64,000 nucleotides of DNA, from contig NZ_JABSSM010000023.1 in the NCBI RefSeq assembly GCF_013214165.1, forward strand, positions 3,609 to 67,608, given 5' to 3'. This DNA comes from Shewanella sp. (GTDB taxonomy: Bacteria > Pseudomonadota > Gammaproteobacteria > Enterobacterales > Shewanellaceae). The notes under the pieces are model-generated. The model saw nothing but the letters and a program-made list of their open reading frames with translations. It was not told where the DNA came from and made no database searches. Shown here one piece after another: positions 17,801 through 27,620 of the stretch. A program made the translations under genes and the position numbers. Each line of letters opens with the position of its first letter. The first letter of the stretch is position 1.

Positions 17801-19358
17801 TTTCACCGTGTTTATTACGATTACAGATCTCGCCATGCCATACCTTGCCCTTAGACACGGTCCGATACATCTCAGAAAAAAATTCATTTGGATGCAAGCC
17901 CGAGTTAAGGATACGATGATTCTGGCCAACGAGTTCATTGACTCGGTAACCACTGATCTCGGCAAATTTATCATTGGCATAGGTGATGGTCCCTTTCAAA
18001 TCAGTCACTGCAACGATCGCATGCTGATCTAAGGCAAACTTATGTTCCTCCAGCGAATCCATCGCCTCCATGAGCTGGCTATTTACCTTCATAAGCGCCT
18101 CTTCATGACGCGCTTTGGCTTCGAGCATATGATTAAACGCATTGGCTAACAGGCCAATTTCATTCTTGCCTTTTACATCCACCAGAGTCAGGTCTTCTCC
18201 TGCGGCGACTTTACGACTGGCTTCGGCGAGCTTAATAATCGGCCGGGTGATCTTTCGAGCGATAAACACCGAGGCAAGTAGCACGCCCATCGCGGTTAGC
18301 AGCACTAATAAGAGGGTGATTTTTCTCAACCAGTTACTGGCTTGTAACGTCTCTTCGCTATCTATCTCACTGATCAATAGCCATTCTATGTTGGCAAGTT
18401 TAACCGTATGATATAGCCCTATCACCTCTTTGCCCGAAGGTCCGATATATTCATAAGCTATGCTCCTTTTACCTCCTGCGCTATCTATGCCAGCATTAGC
18501 CCCTCTGCCCTGCCAGGCGATAAAGGGACGCGTATTAATTTGTCTCTGTAATACCTGCTGCCAATTATCTTTTATTGGCGTCCTGAGAATGCCATCTTGA
18601 CCAATAATGTAATGCGTTAAAGAGCTAGATTCTGATATGGTCGAGTGCAGCATATTGAATATTTTGTCGAACTTTAATTCGATGACATAGACTCCGATGG
18701 AACCGCCAAATTCATCGAGAACGGGGGCTGAGATAAAGCCTGTGATTTGACCTTGGCTCAATGGGCTCCGCTCCAGACCTGAGAAGTTAGCCAAACCTGA
18801 GTCCATGGTCACGGTTAAACTTTGGGTAAACTGCGAGTCGACTAGATTGGCCGAAAAAACATTTTTGCCTTTAGCATCATTACTGATCACCGAGTAAAGA
18901 ATGTCACCATCGAGATCGATCAAAAATATATCGCTGATATAATCATATTGACGACTTAATACGATCAGATCGTTCTGCAGACCATCGACACGCTTGGTCC
19001 AGTCGTAACTCGTGACATATTCGCTAACGGGTTTACCGCTGGATTTTTTGCCCTCTGTGAGCGAACTCAAGATAAGTCCCGCATTGATAGATTCGGCTTC
19101 GACATTAAGATCTACCATACGATAATTAAACCAGCTCTCGATGGACTGTACACTCAGCAGCGAAGACTGAGTTAACTCCTCTTCGGCGGCATCGACCAGA
19201 CTCTGCTTGGCCTGCTGATAACTGAACCAAGCCACTATCGTTAGAGGCAGTAAGGATAAGAGCAAGAACCAGAGAGTCAGGTTAAAGCTCAAAGAGCTTA
19301 ACTTGTTGACCTCTTTTATCGGCGCATGTATGAACTCATCTTGCATCGGCGACTCCAC
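14883..19358 (-). CDS. Hybrid sensor histidine kinase (Cache-like, HAMP, 2 PAS, HisKA, HATPase, 2 REC, Hpt)
   Basis: [30 protein letters not shown], two receiver domains, [11 protein letters not shown] Hpt. Confidence 0.95.
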   Translation of the reverse strand: MESPMQDEFIHAPIKEVNKLSSLSFNLTLWFLLLSLLPLTIVAWFSYQQAKQSLVDAAEEELTQSSLLSVQSIESWFNYRMVDLNVEAESINAGLILSSLTEGKKSSGKPVSEYVTSYDWTKRVDGLQNDLIVLSRQYDYISDIFLIDLDGDILYSVISNDAKGKNVFSANLVDSQFTQSLTVTMDSGLANFSGLERSPLSQGQITGFISAPVLDEFGGSIGVYVIELKFDKIFNMLHSTISESSSLTHYIIGQDGILRTPIKDNWQQVLQRQINTRPFIAWQGRGANAGIDSAGGKRSIAYEYIGPSGKEVIGLYHTVKLANIEWLLISEIDSEETLQASNWLRKITLLLVLLTAMGVLLASVFIARKITRPIIKLAEASRKVAAGEDLTLVDVKGKNEIGLLANAFNHMLEAKARHEEALMKVNSQLMEAMDSLEEHKFALDQHAIVAVTDLKGTITYANDKFAEISGYRVNELVGQNHRILNSGLHPNEFFSEMYRTVSKGKVWHGEICNRNKHGEIYWVDTTIMALKDARNLPKSYIAIRADITERKRKELEVKEALTLMNATLESTDNGILVTSSDGEILRTNSQFAHLWGVTKELLDKGINDRVILKQIKGLLKEPELFLKRVEEIYQNRELEAFDTIAFIDGRVFERASSPMEIDGEYFGRVWSFRDITERTANQNALLQTKEEAEQATKAKSEFLASMSHEIRTPMNGVIGMLGLLSNSKLTEYQTRRVNIAQSSAQSLLSLINDILDYSKIDAGKLELEQIDFNLRGMLGDFAEGIAHQAQDKNLELILDLKGVEHSMVTGDPGRLRQAITNLTGNAIKFTQQGEVVVRAKLTPADAGHWWLTCSVSDTGIGIPADKIDSLFTSFSQIDASTTRKYGGTGLGLAIVQKISRLMGGDVSVSSVYGEGSRFEFKVLLGRSTRSTLVIPKVDINQLNLLVVDDNATNREVIRDQLELWGATVVEACSGQEALDICAQRDKEPGSLKFDVAFLDMQMAAMDGAELGQRLKADARFAQIKLVMMTSMSQMGDASFFAELGFSGYFPKPTTTSDLFDALNVVADDGEALQNARPLVTHHYLQALHHQADKLKIPTWSHDTRVLLVEDNYVNQLVAMGILENFNLDVVVAENGLQALNKLKNAVGAPFALILMDCLMPEMDGYQATRVIRAGNAGAANKDIVIVAMTANAMMGDREKCIDSGMNDYLPKPINPDKLLDKLIHWLPQAESDDGILNQDDCNEDVSATTSAVISAIPDIKAERHTDLIAEINIKEPKHEQVSVWVDKTIWDKESLLTRSMGKESLFNAIVDIFSEDMPKRIESLMEANAAGDIDQLRQISHTIKGVAANLSGSKLQACAARIEKAAQENKLAQIRAELPELQTRYDELMSVVKQYDKPRGEEIPLTRASEQLIAESLADISAKLSEGSYIDVADYGHLKRASERPELQQKFDHLLQRLANFEHEQASACLTELSIYLVDTDSSPSKEIVNG

Positions 19359-19359
19359 G

Positions 19360-20505
19360 CTAGCGATTCACTTGGGCCTGGCTCATGGCGGCTAAGTCAT
19401 GGCGGCTAAAATTCTCATCGGCAAAATCTTCAATATCGATAGCCTTGCTGATGATGCCCCCCTCTACCGCCAGATCCATGATCAATTTCAGACCCGGCTT
19501 ATCCACATTCAGGTTTTGATAATTAATCACTCTCAGATCGGGATCAAGACTCGCGATAATGGCTTCACGGGTATGAGCAGGTATATGCTTACGCACTAAC
19601 TTGACTATCTCCTCTAATGCTTCTCCCCCTTGAGTACGGGCAAGCTCGATATCCTCTCCCGCCTTATGAATATAATTCATCACTTCATGAACAGCCTGAC
19701 GCTTATGCTTAATTGCAGCATCGGTCGCCAGGGCAATACATTCCACATGACCATGCTCCCAGGGCATCACATCTTTTGAATACCAGGCTACATGGCCAAA
19801 GCCTCCTGTCTCGACCACATCGGCCCAGGGTAAAGATTGCTCGAAAGCGGCAGCTTGGGCTCTATTGCTCTTACTCTTGATGAAGCTGGGTGATTTAGGC
19901 GGCGCGACGGCTATCGCCAGCACATCAGAGCCTGAATTAGGCGTTAAACTCATGGTGAGTCCGTGCTCTTTAAGATAGCGATATAACACCACAGTATGAG
20001 TCGACAACAGATGAGGCATACCGATTTCGGTTGCGCGGCCTGTGGACTCAAATACTTGCTTCAATGCCTTGGCAACCTTGTCATCGGGCTTTCTTTCATG
20101 CCTCACAGCGGGAAGCTTGACCTGCTCATTTAGCAGATCGTTGATTGCTAATGCATTTCCATCTCTGTGCATCAAGCCTATCCATCTGAAATGCGGTTTA
20201 TCGCTGAACATATCCATCGCCAATGGGCTCATCACATAGGCCATATCGACTTCACCGGATTGAAAATATGCCCGCAATAGATCCCAGTTTTTCATCTGCT
20301 CTAGTTGATAATCGGCGTACTTCATCTCTTGGCGGTAGCGCTCATAGGCCACGATCGATGCATAATGATCTGCAAGAGGAATATACAGTGCCTTGATGAC
20401 TTTTTTATCGGCAGCACTAGCCGACACAGCCAAGACAAAAAAGAGTGTGATAACAAACGCTAAATAGGTGATGAATCGATGTGGCGAACGAACACTAGCT
20501 GGCAT
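19360..20505 (-). CDS. Periplasmic substrate-binding protein, NrtA/CmpA (NMT1-like) family
   Basis: Signal peptide; YIPLADHYA, NWDLLRAYFQSGEVDMAY.MSPLAM, PWE.HGHVEC. Confidence 0.8.
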   Translation of the reverse strand: MPASVRSPHRFITYLAFVITLFFVLAVSASAADKKVIKALYIPLADHYASIVAYERYRQEMKYADYQLEQMKNWDLLRAYFQSGEVDMAYVMSPLAMDMFSDKPHFRWIGLMHRDGNALAINDLLNEQVKLPAVRHERKPDDKVAKALKQVFESTGRATEIGMPHLLSTHTVVLYRYLKEHGLTMSLTPNSGSDVLAIAVAPPKSPSFIKSKSNRAQAAAFEQSLPWADVVETGGFGHVAWYSKDVMPWEHGHVECIALATDAAIKHKRQAVHEVMNYIHKAGEDIELARTQGGEALEEIVKLVRKHIPAHTREAIIASLDPDLRVINYQNLNVDKPGLKLIMDLAVEGGIISKAIDIEDFADENFSRHDLAAMSQAQVNR

Positions 20506-20738
20506 GCGTCTCTCCTTGACTCGTGATGATAAGTAACTGCATAGCAGTACTCACAGAGCTTAGTAGAGCATCGTCAGTTTTTCACGAAGAAAGAGGAAAA
20601 AATACGCCATGAAGCTTAAGGTAAGTCATTACATTAAGTAAGGTAATGCTTGTTTGGGAACTCACCGATGAATAACTTATGCATGAGTACGGGTAGGCTG
20701 AAATATATGCAGAGCATGCGGCGTCAACGTCGAGTTAA

Positions 20739-21302
20739 CTAACAACCGCTATCGATAATAGTAAACATGGGGTGCTCGCCAGCTGCATTTACACCTGTAT
20801 ATTCTAGCATGCAGAGACTATCCACTGACAAGCCTTTGGGAACAAATGACACATACATGTCTATGCCATGAGTCATAACCCCCCAATCACCGCGAACCAC
20901 TTCTGAACTATCGATTAAATGTGCCGCATCAATATCTAAAACACTTGTGATACTGTTAAAAATTATATTACTTTCAGTATCTATCTTTTTTGCTCCTTGA
21001 GGTACACCATTCAAGCTCGTTGGGATGTAACCATAAGCCAGAATAACCTCAGCAGCACCGAGATCGACATTAGCGACAGCTTGGGTTTCTTTTCCTTGAA
21101 TTAGCGCCTTACTGTAAGCCAATGCATTACCGCTTGAAATTGCACCTTGTAAGCCTCGCAACACAGAAAGGTGAGCATCGCTCTTCAAGTTGATGAATTT
21201 CGGTGCAGCAACCACAGACAGTATGCCAAGTATAATGATAACTACAACGAGCTCTATTAATGTAAAACCCGCATTGAGCTTGATTCGATTAGATGCATTC
21301 AT
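20739..21302 (-). CDS. Type IV pilin, MSHA-like
   Basis: G/FTLIELVVVIIILGILSVVAAPKFINLKSDA prepilin motif. Confidence 0.88.
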   Translation of the reverse strand: MNASNRIKLNAGFTLIELVVVIIILGILSVVAAPKFINLKSDAHLSVLRGLQGAISSGNALAYSKALIQGKETQAVANVDLGAAEVILAYGYIPTSLNGVPQGAKKIDTESNIIFNSITSVLDIDAAHLIDSSEVVRGDWGVMTHGIDMYVSFVPKGLSVDSLCMLEYTGVNAAGEHPMFTIIDSGC

Positions 21303-21540
21303 ACTATAACTTGCCTATCCTGTCTTTACTTTTCCACACAGTCTTCGTGAAGAGATGATTAAAGAAGATCAATACTACATAAGTATTCGGATTTTTATAA
21401 GTAAAACGAAATAATCAGAGTGATATACACGCCTTCATCTAATAGATGAAGGCGCTGTTTAACTTATGCAATTTGAATCGCAAATTGCGAACCGAAATAA
21501 CAAAAAAACACAATGCTATAAAAATCAAATAATTACATAA

Positions 21541-21556
21541 TGGCACAGCTCATGCA
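21541..21556 (+). promoter_or_regulatory. Candidate sigma54 promoter of LruC-domain gene
   Basis: TGGCAC-AGCTC-ATGCA with GG/GC at -24/-12 spacing; upstream IRs at 21430-21454 and 21468-21488. Confidence 0.55.
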
Positions 21557-21592
21557 CTTCATAGTTAAACCTGTTTCATATAGGGACAAACT

Positions 21593-23734
21593 ATGAAATA
21601 TCTCGCTCCTCTGCTTCTCCTTGCTGCCTTATCTATCTTCGCCAATGATGGCATTGCAGCCGAGTTTGAGTCATGTCCGACTCAGGCTTTCATCATACAA
21701 ACGCCTTCTTCTGTTCCCATTGCCTACGGTGTCGAACTCGCAACGGGTAGCTATGTGATACTTTCAGACAACATGAATCGCCTCGCTTCCTATAACGGAG
21801 TGGGATTTAATTATCACGATAACTATATCTATGGCTGGGACTATGAAGCCAGTACCTTAGGTAAAACGGGTGATGACTATATGATCACCCCTCTCACCAT
21901 TACTAAAGATGCCGATGCGGCGGCTGCGGGTAACTTTTTTGTCGGTGACATCGCCATCAATGAAAATGTCTGGTATGGATATAGAAAAAATAAGGGTCTG
22001 TTTAAAATCCCCTTAGATGACCCAAGCCAGTATCCAATGACACTCGTTACCGGCAGTGCAATTAACGCGACCTATAACATTACCGATTTTGCCTTCCACC
22101 CTAGTGATGGTTATATCTACGCCGTCACCAATGGCTATAATGCCAGCCTGCTTCGCATCGACCCATTTGACGCATCCGCCACCAACCTCGGTGTTGTGGT
22201 CGTCTCGACAGGGTCAAAATTCACCTTCGGTGCCCAGTTCTTCGATCCCGACGGCACGCTTTACATGAGCAATAATAGCGACGGTAAGATCTATCGCCTG
22301 GATGTTAATGATTCCCCTCCCCTTGCCGATATCTTTGCTTACGGCCCTTCATCGTCGAGTAATGACGGTGCCCGCTGCGCCTTGGCAGAAGTCCCTGTGG
22401 GAGAAAATGTTGATTTTGGTGATGCGCCCGACACCTATGGCACTTATATGCAGTCCAATGGCGCCAGGCACTCCATCATAGATGACTTCTATCTAGGTGC
22501 CACTGTCGACGGTGAGGCCAATGGCTACCCGACGCCACTGTCAGACGACTATAGTGACGGCATAGATGATGAGGATGGCATCAGTTTCCCTACCGGTTTT
22601 GAACTAGGTGAATCTGCCGTCATCCTGGCTACCGCAACCGGGAGTGGCGGTTTTCTCAACGCCTGGTTTGACTGGAATAAAGATGGTGTTTTTGACAGCG
22701 ACGAACAGGCTATCACAGGCCATGCGCTCTCCCCCGGCAATAACAGCGTCAATTTAGATGTGCCTACATGGGGAAAAACCGGCCAAACATGGGCTAGATT
22801 TCGCTTCAGTAGCCTGGCCGATATCGGTCCTACCGGGGGAGCCGGAGATGGGGAGGTCGAAGACCATCAAATCAGCATGACAGAAAGCGGCGTTACCATT
22901 AACTACTACCCTTCATCGTCAACGTTTACCTCAATAGTGTTTGAAGATCTTTACCCCACTCAAGAAGATTACGACATGAATGATGTCATTTTCCATCTAA
23001 GACTCATCGAGTACGTCAAATATGGTCAAGTCAGGCGGGTAGAGTTTTTAGCTAAGTTAGCCGCGGCTGGAGCCTTTTATCACAACGGCTTTGGCATTCA
23101 GCTGCCGGGGATCGCGATGAGCAACATCAAGGAAAATACCATCGAATGGAGTATTGATGATGTTACACAGAGTGCTTCGCCCCTGGAAAGCGAGCAAACC
23201 TATGGGGTATTTATTCTAGCCCAAGACCTGTGGGATTATATTACCCTCTCGACCGGCTGTGAGTTTCTTCGTTCGGAGTCGGGGTGCGGAGCCAGCTACC
23301 GCACCACTTGGAAGATGGTTATCCCCTTCGTCAATGCGGTACCTGAATCACAGATGCCAGACTTTCCCTATGACCCTTTTATCTTTGCTACGCCAGAAAG
23401 TGACCATGGCCGGGCAGCAAAGGCTGTTGTCGGTGAGCATCCCGGACGTAAGCTCGAGATCCACCTCAAAAATAAAGCCCCTACTGATAAATTTGATACC
23501 GCCTATTTTGGCTCTAAGGAAGATAGGTCCGTACCCAGTCAAGGACTCTATTTTCTCAATGAAGATGGTATGAGTTGGGCATTAGAGGTGCCTACCAGCT
23601 GGAAGCACCCATTAGAAAGACAACGTTTAGACGCTTGCTATCCTGAGTTTATCGACTTCGCGGCAGATAACAGCGGGAACACTAATCTCAACTGGTATCT
23701 CAACCCTATTACGGCGCTCATTTTCCAAGATTAG
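21593..23734 (+). CDS. LruC-domain (DUF4842) secreted protein with beta-propeller-like and GEVED regions
   Basis: Signal peptide; DFGDAPD, GEVEDH, FEDLYP...DYDMND, WALEVP..WKHP.E. Confidence 0.85.
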   Translation: MKYLAPLLLLAALSIFANDGIAAEFESCPTQAFIIQTPSSVPIAYGVELATGSYVILSDNMNRLASYNGVGFNYHDNYIYGWDYEASTLGKTGDDYMITPLTITKDADAAAAGNFFVGDIAINENVWYGYRKNKGLFKIPLDDPSQYPMTLVTGSAINATYNITDFAFHPSDGYIYAVTNGYNASLLRIDPFDASATNLGVVVVSTGSKFTFGAQFFDPDGTLYMSNNSDGKIYRLDVNDSPPLADIFAYGPSSSSNDGARCALAEVPVGENVDFGDAPDTYGTYMQSNGARHSIIDDFYLGATVDGEANGYPTPLSDDYSDGIDDEDGISFPTGFELGESAVILATATGSGGFLNAWFDWNKDGVFDSDEQAITGHALSPGNNSVNLDVPTWGKTGQTWARFRFSSLADIGPTGGAGDGEVEDHQISMTESGVTINYYPSSSTFTSIVFEDLYPTQEDYDMNDVIFHLRLIEYVKYGQVRRVEFLAKLAAAGAFYHNGFGIQLPGIAMSNIKENTIEWSIDDVTQSASPLESEQTYGVFILAQDLWDYITLSTGCEFLRSESGCGASYRTTWKMVIPFVNAVPESQMPDFPYDPFIFATPESDHGRAAKAVVGEHPGRKLEIHLKNKAPTDKFDTAYFGSKEDRSVPSQGLYFLNEDGMSWALEVPTSWKHPLERQRLDACYPEFIDFAADNSGNTNLNWYLNPITALIFQD

Positions 23735-23826
23735 TGCGACCTAAATTATCACCATGGCCAAATACCAGTTGCATCAAGTAACTGACCATAAATTTAATGG
23801 AATTGATATAAGTAGGGAAAGAGGAG

Positions 23827-24330
23827 ATGAATATGAAAAACTTCACAAGATTGACGCAGATAAAATGCTATTTATTACTGTTTATTTTCAGTAGCCTGTC
23901 AGCTTGTGGCGGTGGTGGCGGAGGAGGAGATGAAGGCTCTGCCACAGAAACAAGCACCCCGCCTCCAGTCACACCTCCGGTCACGACACCAGCCAAGCCG
24001 ACCTCGTTAGATGATCTCGTTATTGACCCCAATAATGTCTTGCAGAGTGTGTTTCAACTTGCCATCGATATCAATATCGATTCAAACAAACGCGCCTATT
24101 TTTCCTTGTGTGATGAATTTAATGGCAGTAATAACGCGTACTCGGTGAACTTTGATTCCTGCCAATTTCGCGGCCCACTCGATGAGGGGAGGCTCACGAC
24201 AAAAATCAAGGTGGCGAATCATCAGGATACCTTGATTGCCGTGCTATGGTTTTATGATACTAGCGAGCCACAATACCAAGTTTGGCAATATGATACCGGG
24301 CTTGAGCAACAGATGTTAAGCATAAATTAA
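23827..24330 (+). CDS. Hypothetical lipoprotein, partner of LruC gene
   Basis: Lipobox LSAC followed by Gly/Pro-Thr linker. Confidence 0.8.
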   Translation: MNMKNFTRLTQIKCYLLLFIFSSLSACGGGGGGGDEGSATETSTPPPVTPPVTTPAKPTSLDDLVIDPNNVLQSVFQLAIDINIDSNKRAYFSLCDEFNGSNNAYSVNFDSCQFRGPLDEGRLTTKIKVANHQDTLIAVLWFYDTSEPQYQVWQYDTGLEQQMLSIN

Positions 24331-24345
24331 TAAGGCGCTACCACA

Positions 24346-24375
24346 AGCAAGCGCCGCTATCTGGCGGCGCTTGCT
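24346..24375. terminator. 12-bp hairpin between convergent genes
   Basis: AGCAAGCGCCGC-TATCTG-GCGGCGCTTGCT. Confidence 0.65.
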
Positions 24376-24437
24376 ATTGCTGATAAGAGTATGCCAAAAC
24401 TGATAAAACGCTTATCTGATGGCGCTAATCCGTTAAG

Positions 24438-26072
24438 TTAACCTTGGGTTAGCCCCTCATCACTCAGGCTCCTATTCGATGCTAATGCTAGACTCTCATC
24501 TGAGTCAGTTCTGGAATTTGAATCCAAGTCATTTACAGCGGCCTGCGGTTGACTAAACAATGAGCAAGCGACCGTGACAAACAGTATCACTGTGATGGTC
24601 AAGCCTATCTGTACTCCGGCAACGGCTAGGAAACCCGCATTTAACGCCGTCACTATCTGCTCGTGGAAAAGCACCCAATCGGCGAAAATGGTGCTAAGCA
24701 AGACGCCAGCCGTGGCGATGAGTGAAATAAACAGCATTTTTCGCTTATCAGACACACACCAAGCCAGCACCAGATAGAGTGCAAGACTCGCCATAAAACT
24801 GCTCATCATCAAGTCGTCTCGCCCAGCCACGCCAAGAGGCAGTATTCGTTCAAATAAGAATGCCATAGCCGTGGCGAATATGACTCCCATGGTCGAGCCC
24901 AACGTCATGCTATTAACCAGTGCGATACTCTTAGGCGATGACAGTCTCTGTTGCAAGCGTTTCTCGACCCAGAGTAGATTGCCACTGACGATAAGCACAC
25001 ACACGCCCATGCCAAGTAGTAAATAGATCAGCTTAAGATCCGTGCCCGCATAGTCACCAAAGTGCAGCGTGGTAAGGACAATTCTCCCGGTTGTCATCGT
25101 ATTGGGAGTCTCTGGCGCCCGTGAGAACAAGGTTTCGCCACCATCTAAGGCAAAAACCTGCTCGACAGGACTGACAAATTTGCCAGCTTCACTGCCAAAA
25201 ATATGTAGCAGTGCGCTACTATCACCATAGTTATAGGCGCGAATGACTCTCGGTGACTGACCAAAATCTGCAATATGCTGAGCCACTAAGCTATCAACTT
25301 CTGCACGGGTATCGAGCGGCTTATCCAGCCACTCTGGCATCTGCTGAGTATAGCCAGCATCTTTGAGTAACGCTTGTTGATCTCCCTTATAAAGGACTAA
25401 GGCGAACGCGATTTGATAGATGATAACCAGGTTAAATATCAAGCCTGTGATGGCATACATCAAGGTAAAAGGCAGGGTCATCACCCCGATGACATTATGC
25501 ATGGTCAGCAGCTGATCTCGCCGTCCCTCCTGAGTACGATAGAGGAAGAACTGCCTGAATAGCTTGCGTGCATGGATGAAGATCCCCGCCACCAGTGCGA
25601 AAAAGAAAAATAGGGCCACAAAACCTATGATATAACCGCCATTGGGAATATTAAGATTGTAATGCAACTGGTAGATAAAATCGGCCAGATAGAAGTCATC
25701 GATATTTGCCACCACCTCACCGGACACAGGATCCATCAAGAGTGACACATAATCGATGTCCATCGTCGCATCTTGGGGCAATACTATGTCCACATAGACC
25801 TTGTAGAAGGGCATTTCGGCAGTCGGAGACACTAGCGTCAAATGCTCCTTGGCATTGAAGGGACGGTCCTTGATTGCCAATGCCATGATCTCACTGGGAG
25901 ACAAGACCTCACCTTGGGCAGGCGTATGATGTGGCAACACAGACCAGAGGTATATTTCACTGCGAAATAAGCTTATCGAGCCCATGAAAAACACGATAAA
26001 CAGCAAGCCAGAGATGATCAATCCCAGCCAACTGTGAGCCTGAGTTAAACGCTTTAAAAATTGTTTATTCAT
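24438..26072 (-). CDS. PepSY-associated TM helix domain protein (iron-uptake reductase-like)
   Basis: AHSWLGL, YQLHYNL, MHNVIGV..LPF.LMYAITG, LHFGDYAG His motifs. Confidence 0.9.
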   Translation of the reverse strand: MNKQFLKRLTQAHSWLGLIISGLLFIVFFMGSISLFRSEIYLWSVLPHHTPAQGEVLSPSEIMALAIKDRPFNAKEHLTLVSPTAEMPFYKVYVDIVLPQDATMDIDYVSLLMDPVSGEVVANIDDFYLADFIYQLHYNLNIPNGGYIIGFVALFFFFALVAGIFIHARKLFRQFFLYRTQEGRRDQLLTMHNVIGVMTLPFTLMYAITGLIFNLVIIYQIAFALVLYKGDQQALLKDAGYTQQMPEWLDKPLDTRAEVDSLVAQHIADFGQSPRVIRAYNYGDSSALLHIFGSEAGKFVSPVEQVFALDGGETLFSRAPETPNTMTTGRIVLTTLHFGDYAGTDLKLIYLLLGMGVCVLIVSGNLLWVEKRLQQRLSSPKSIALVNSMTLGSTMGVIFATAMAFLFERILPLGVAGRDDLMMSSFMASLALYLVLAWCVSDKRKMLFISLIATAGVLLSTIFADWVLFHEQIVTALNAGFLAVAGVQIGLTITVILFVTVACSLFSQPQAAVNDLDSNSRTDSDESLALASNRSLSDEGLTQG

Positions 26073-26156
26073 AATGACTTAATTTAATGGGTTAGGTTTA
26101 TTGAGTTAGGTTTAATATGCTGTTGTTCACTTGACCTGAGTTTAGCCCTGTCAAAT

Positions 26157-26408
26157 TTAACTGAAAAAAAACAGCGTATTGAAGCCGACAGACACCAAGA
26201 GTAAGCTGCCACAACGCCGCCAGGCGTGCCAGCCTGAATCACTGGCATAACACCAGATCATGGCACTCACCCAGAGTGGAAAGGCCATCAATAATCCGAG
26301 AAATAGTCGGGTGTCTACGTCCAATGGCAGCAGATGATTGAGATTGAGCATGACCGATATCGAGACAAGACAACCACCGAATATGGCGGCCAACGTTTTA
26401 GGCCACAT
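26157..26408 (-). CDS. Small membrane protein of PepSY cluster
   Basis: WPKTLAAIFGG, three TM helices; resembles 44365 ORF. Confidence 0.75.
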   Translation of the reverse strand: MWPKTLAAIFGGCLVSISVMLNLNHLLPLDVDTRLFLGLLMAFPLWVSAMIWCYASDSGWHAWRRCGSLLLVSVGFNTLFFFS

Positions 26409-26721
26409 GTTGATCTCCTAGCTGAACCACAGCTAGCCAAAAAACCAAGTTGACACAGCACAGGGGGGCCAACTTAGCCTTAACATGCCCAAGTTGTAAT
26501 ACTAAGCTCAGCCAGATAAACATGGTAAACGCCAATACCATCAGCGCCGCAGCAATCGGGTTATAGATATAGGTTAACGACCAGATACTGGCCATAAAGC
26601 AGCCGATAAAAACGGAGATGGAAAAGAACTTCATCAAAGGTTTAGCCAATAAACCTTGATGCTTACTGGACAGCAATGCGGTTAAACATCCAATCCAGAG
26701 TACGACTATGGTTACACTCAT
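26398..26721 (-). CDS. Small membrane protein of PepSY cluster
   Basis: Hydrophobic 107 aa, overlaps next gene start. Confidence 0.65.
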   Translation of the reverse strand: MSVTIVVLWIGCLTALLSSKHQGLLAKPLMKFFSISVFIGCFMASIWSLTYIYNPIAAALMVLAFTMFIWLSLVLQLGHVKAKLAPLCCVNLVFWLAVVQLGDQHVA

Positions 26722-26731
26722 CTTAATATAT

Positions 26732-26750
26732 GCAAATAGTTATCATTCAG
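26732..26750. promoter_or_regulatory. Fur box candidate
   Basis: GCAAATAGTTATCATTCAG resembles the Fur 19-mer, directly upstream of the PepSY operon. Confidence 0.6.
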
Positions 26751-26862
26751 GTAGCCGGCGAGCCTAACATCTTTCACAAACCTTTCATTAAAATTTACAT
26801 TACAGCCCGCACATCTATGGCCCGTCAATGGATACGAGGCATATTAGTGTAAATACTCTTAC

Positions 26863-27195
26863 CCTTTTCGTGAAACATCCCCCGAGTGGACGGCGAACTT
26901 AGGTTCTACCTATCGCAGTGACTCAGGCTTTTTCGCTAACGTAAACATCAACTATGCAGATGCATCATCAGCCCTAAATAACCCCGAAGCATCAGGACTT
27001 AAATACGATCCTGAGAACGATGCAAAAACCTTGGTCAATGCGCGTGTCGGCTATGAATGGGATAACTTCTCAGTCTACGCTTTAGGCACCAACCTGTTAG
27101 ACGCTGAATATGTCGCGTCAGCTGACACCGGCTATGGGATCCAGACCTTAGGTGATCCAAGACAATTGACCCTAAGAGTTGAGGCGCAGTTCTAA
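26863..27195 (+). pseudogene. C-terminal remnant of a TonB-dependent receptor
   Basis: Start-less open frame ...PEWTANLGSTY...VNARVGYEWDNFSVYALGTNLLDAEY...LGDPRQLTLRVEAQF*; in-frame TAG at 26845-26847 upstream. Confidence 0.85.
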
Positions 27196-27530
27196 CCAGG
27201 ACGAGTCAGTTTAATGATTAAACTTAGCTAAGCTAAATGAGCAGCAAGGGCTGCTCATTTTTATTTCTGAGTCAGGCTGCATTTACGAGTTTATTCCCCT
27301 AGTCATTCGATGAAACTAAGTGGAGAGATGAAAAGTTTGATCAAAGATACTGAACACTATGTCATTGAAAATCTGTGACATGGTTAACTTGATACATTAA
27401 AACTAAGTAAACCAATCCTTTTACTCACTCTATTCAATAAAAATTAACCCTAAATATAAATAATTAATATCTCAGCGCACACGTGTAAGCTAATGAAAAA
27501 TCAGAATATAACTTTCACAGTAAATGAACG

Positions 27531-27550
27531 ATTCAAACAAACGTTTAAAT
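27531..27550. promoter_or_regulatory. PsrA-type operator upstream of acyl-CoA dehydrogenase
   Basis: ATTCAAAC-AAAC-GTTTAAAT matches the CAAAC-N4-GTTTG PsrA motif (one mismatch). Confidence 0.65.
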
Positions 27551-27620
27551 TACTCGTTTGGAGTTATTGATCTACGTTTGATTTTATGTCGTAATGTGAT
27601 CTGAATTTCTGGTCGGATGA

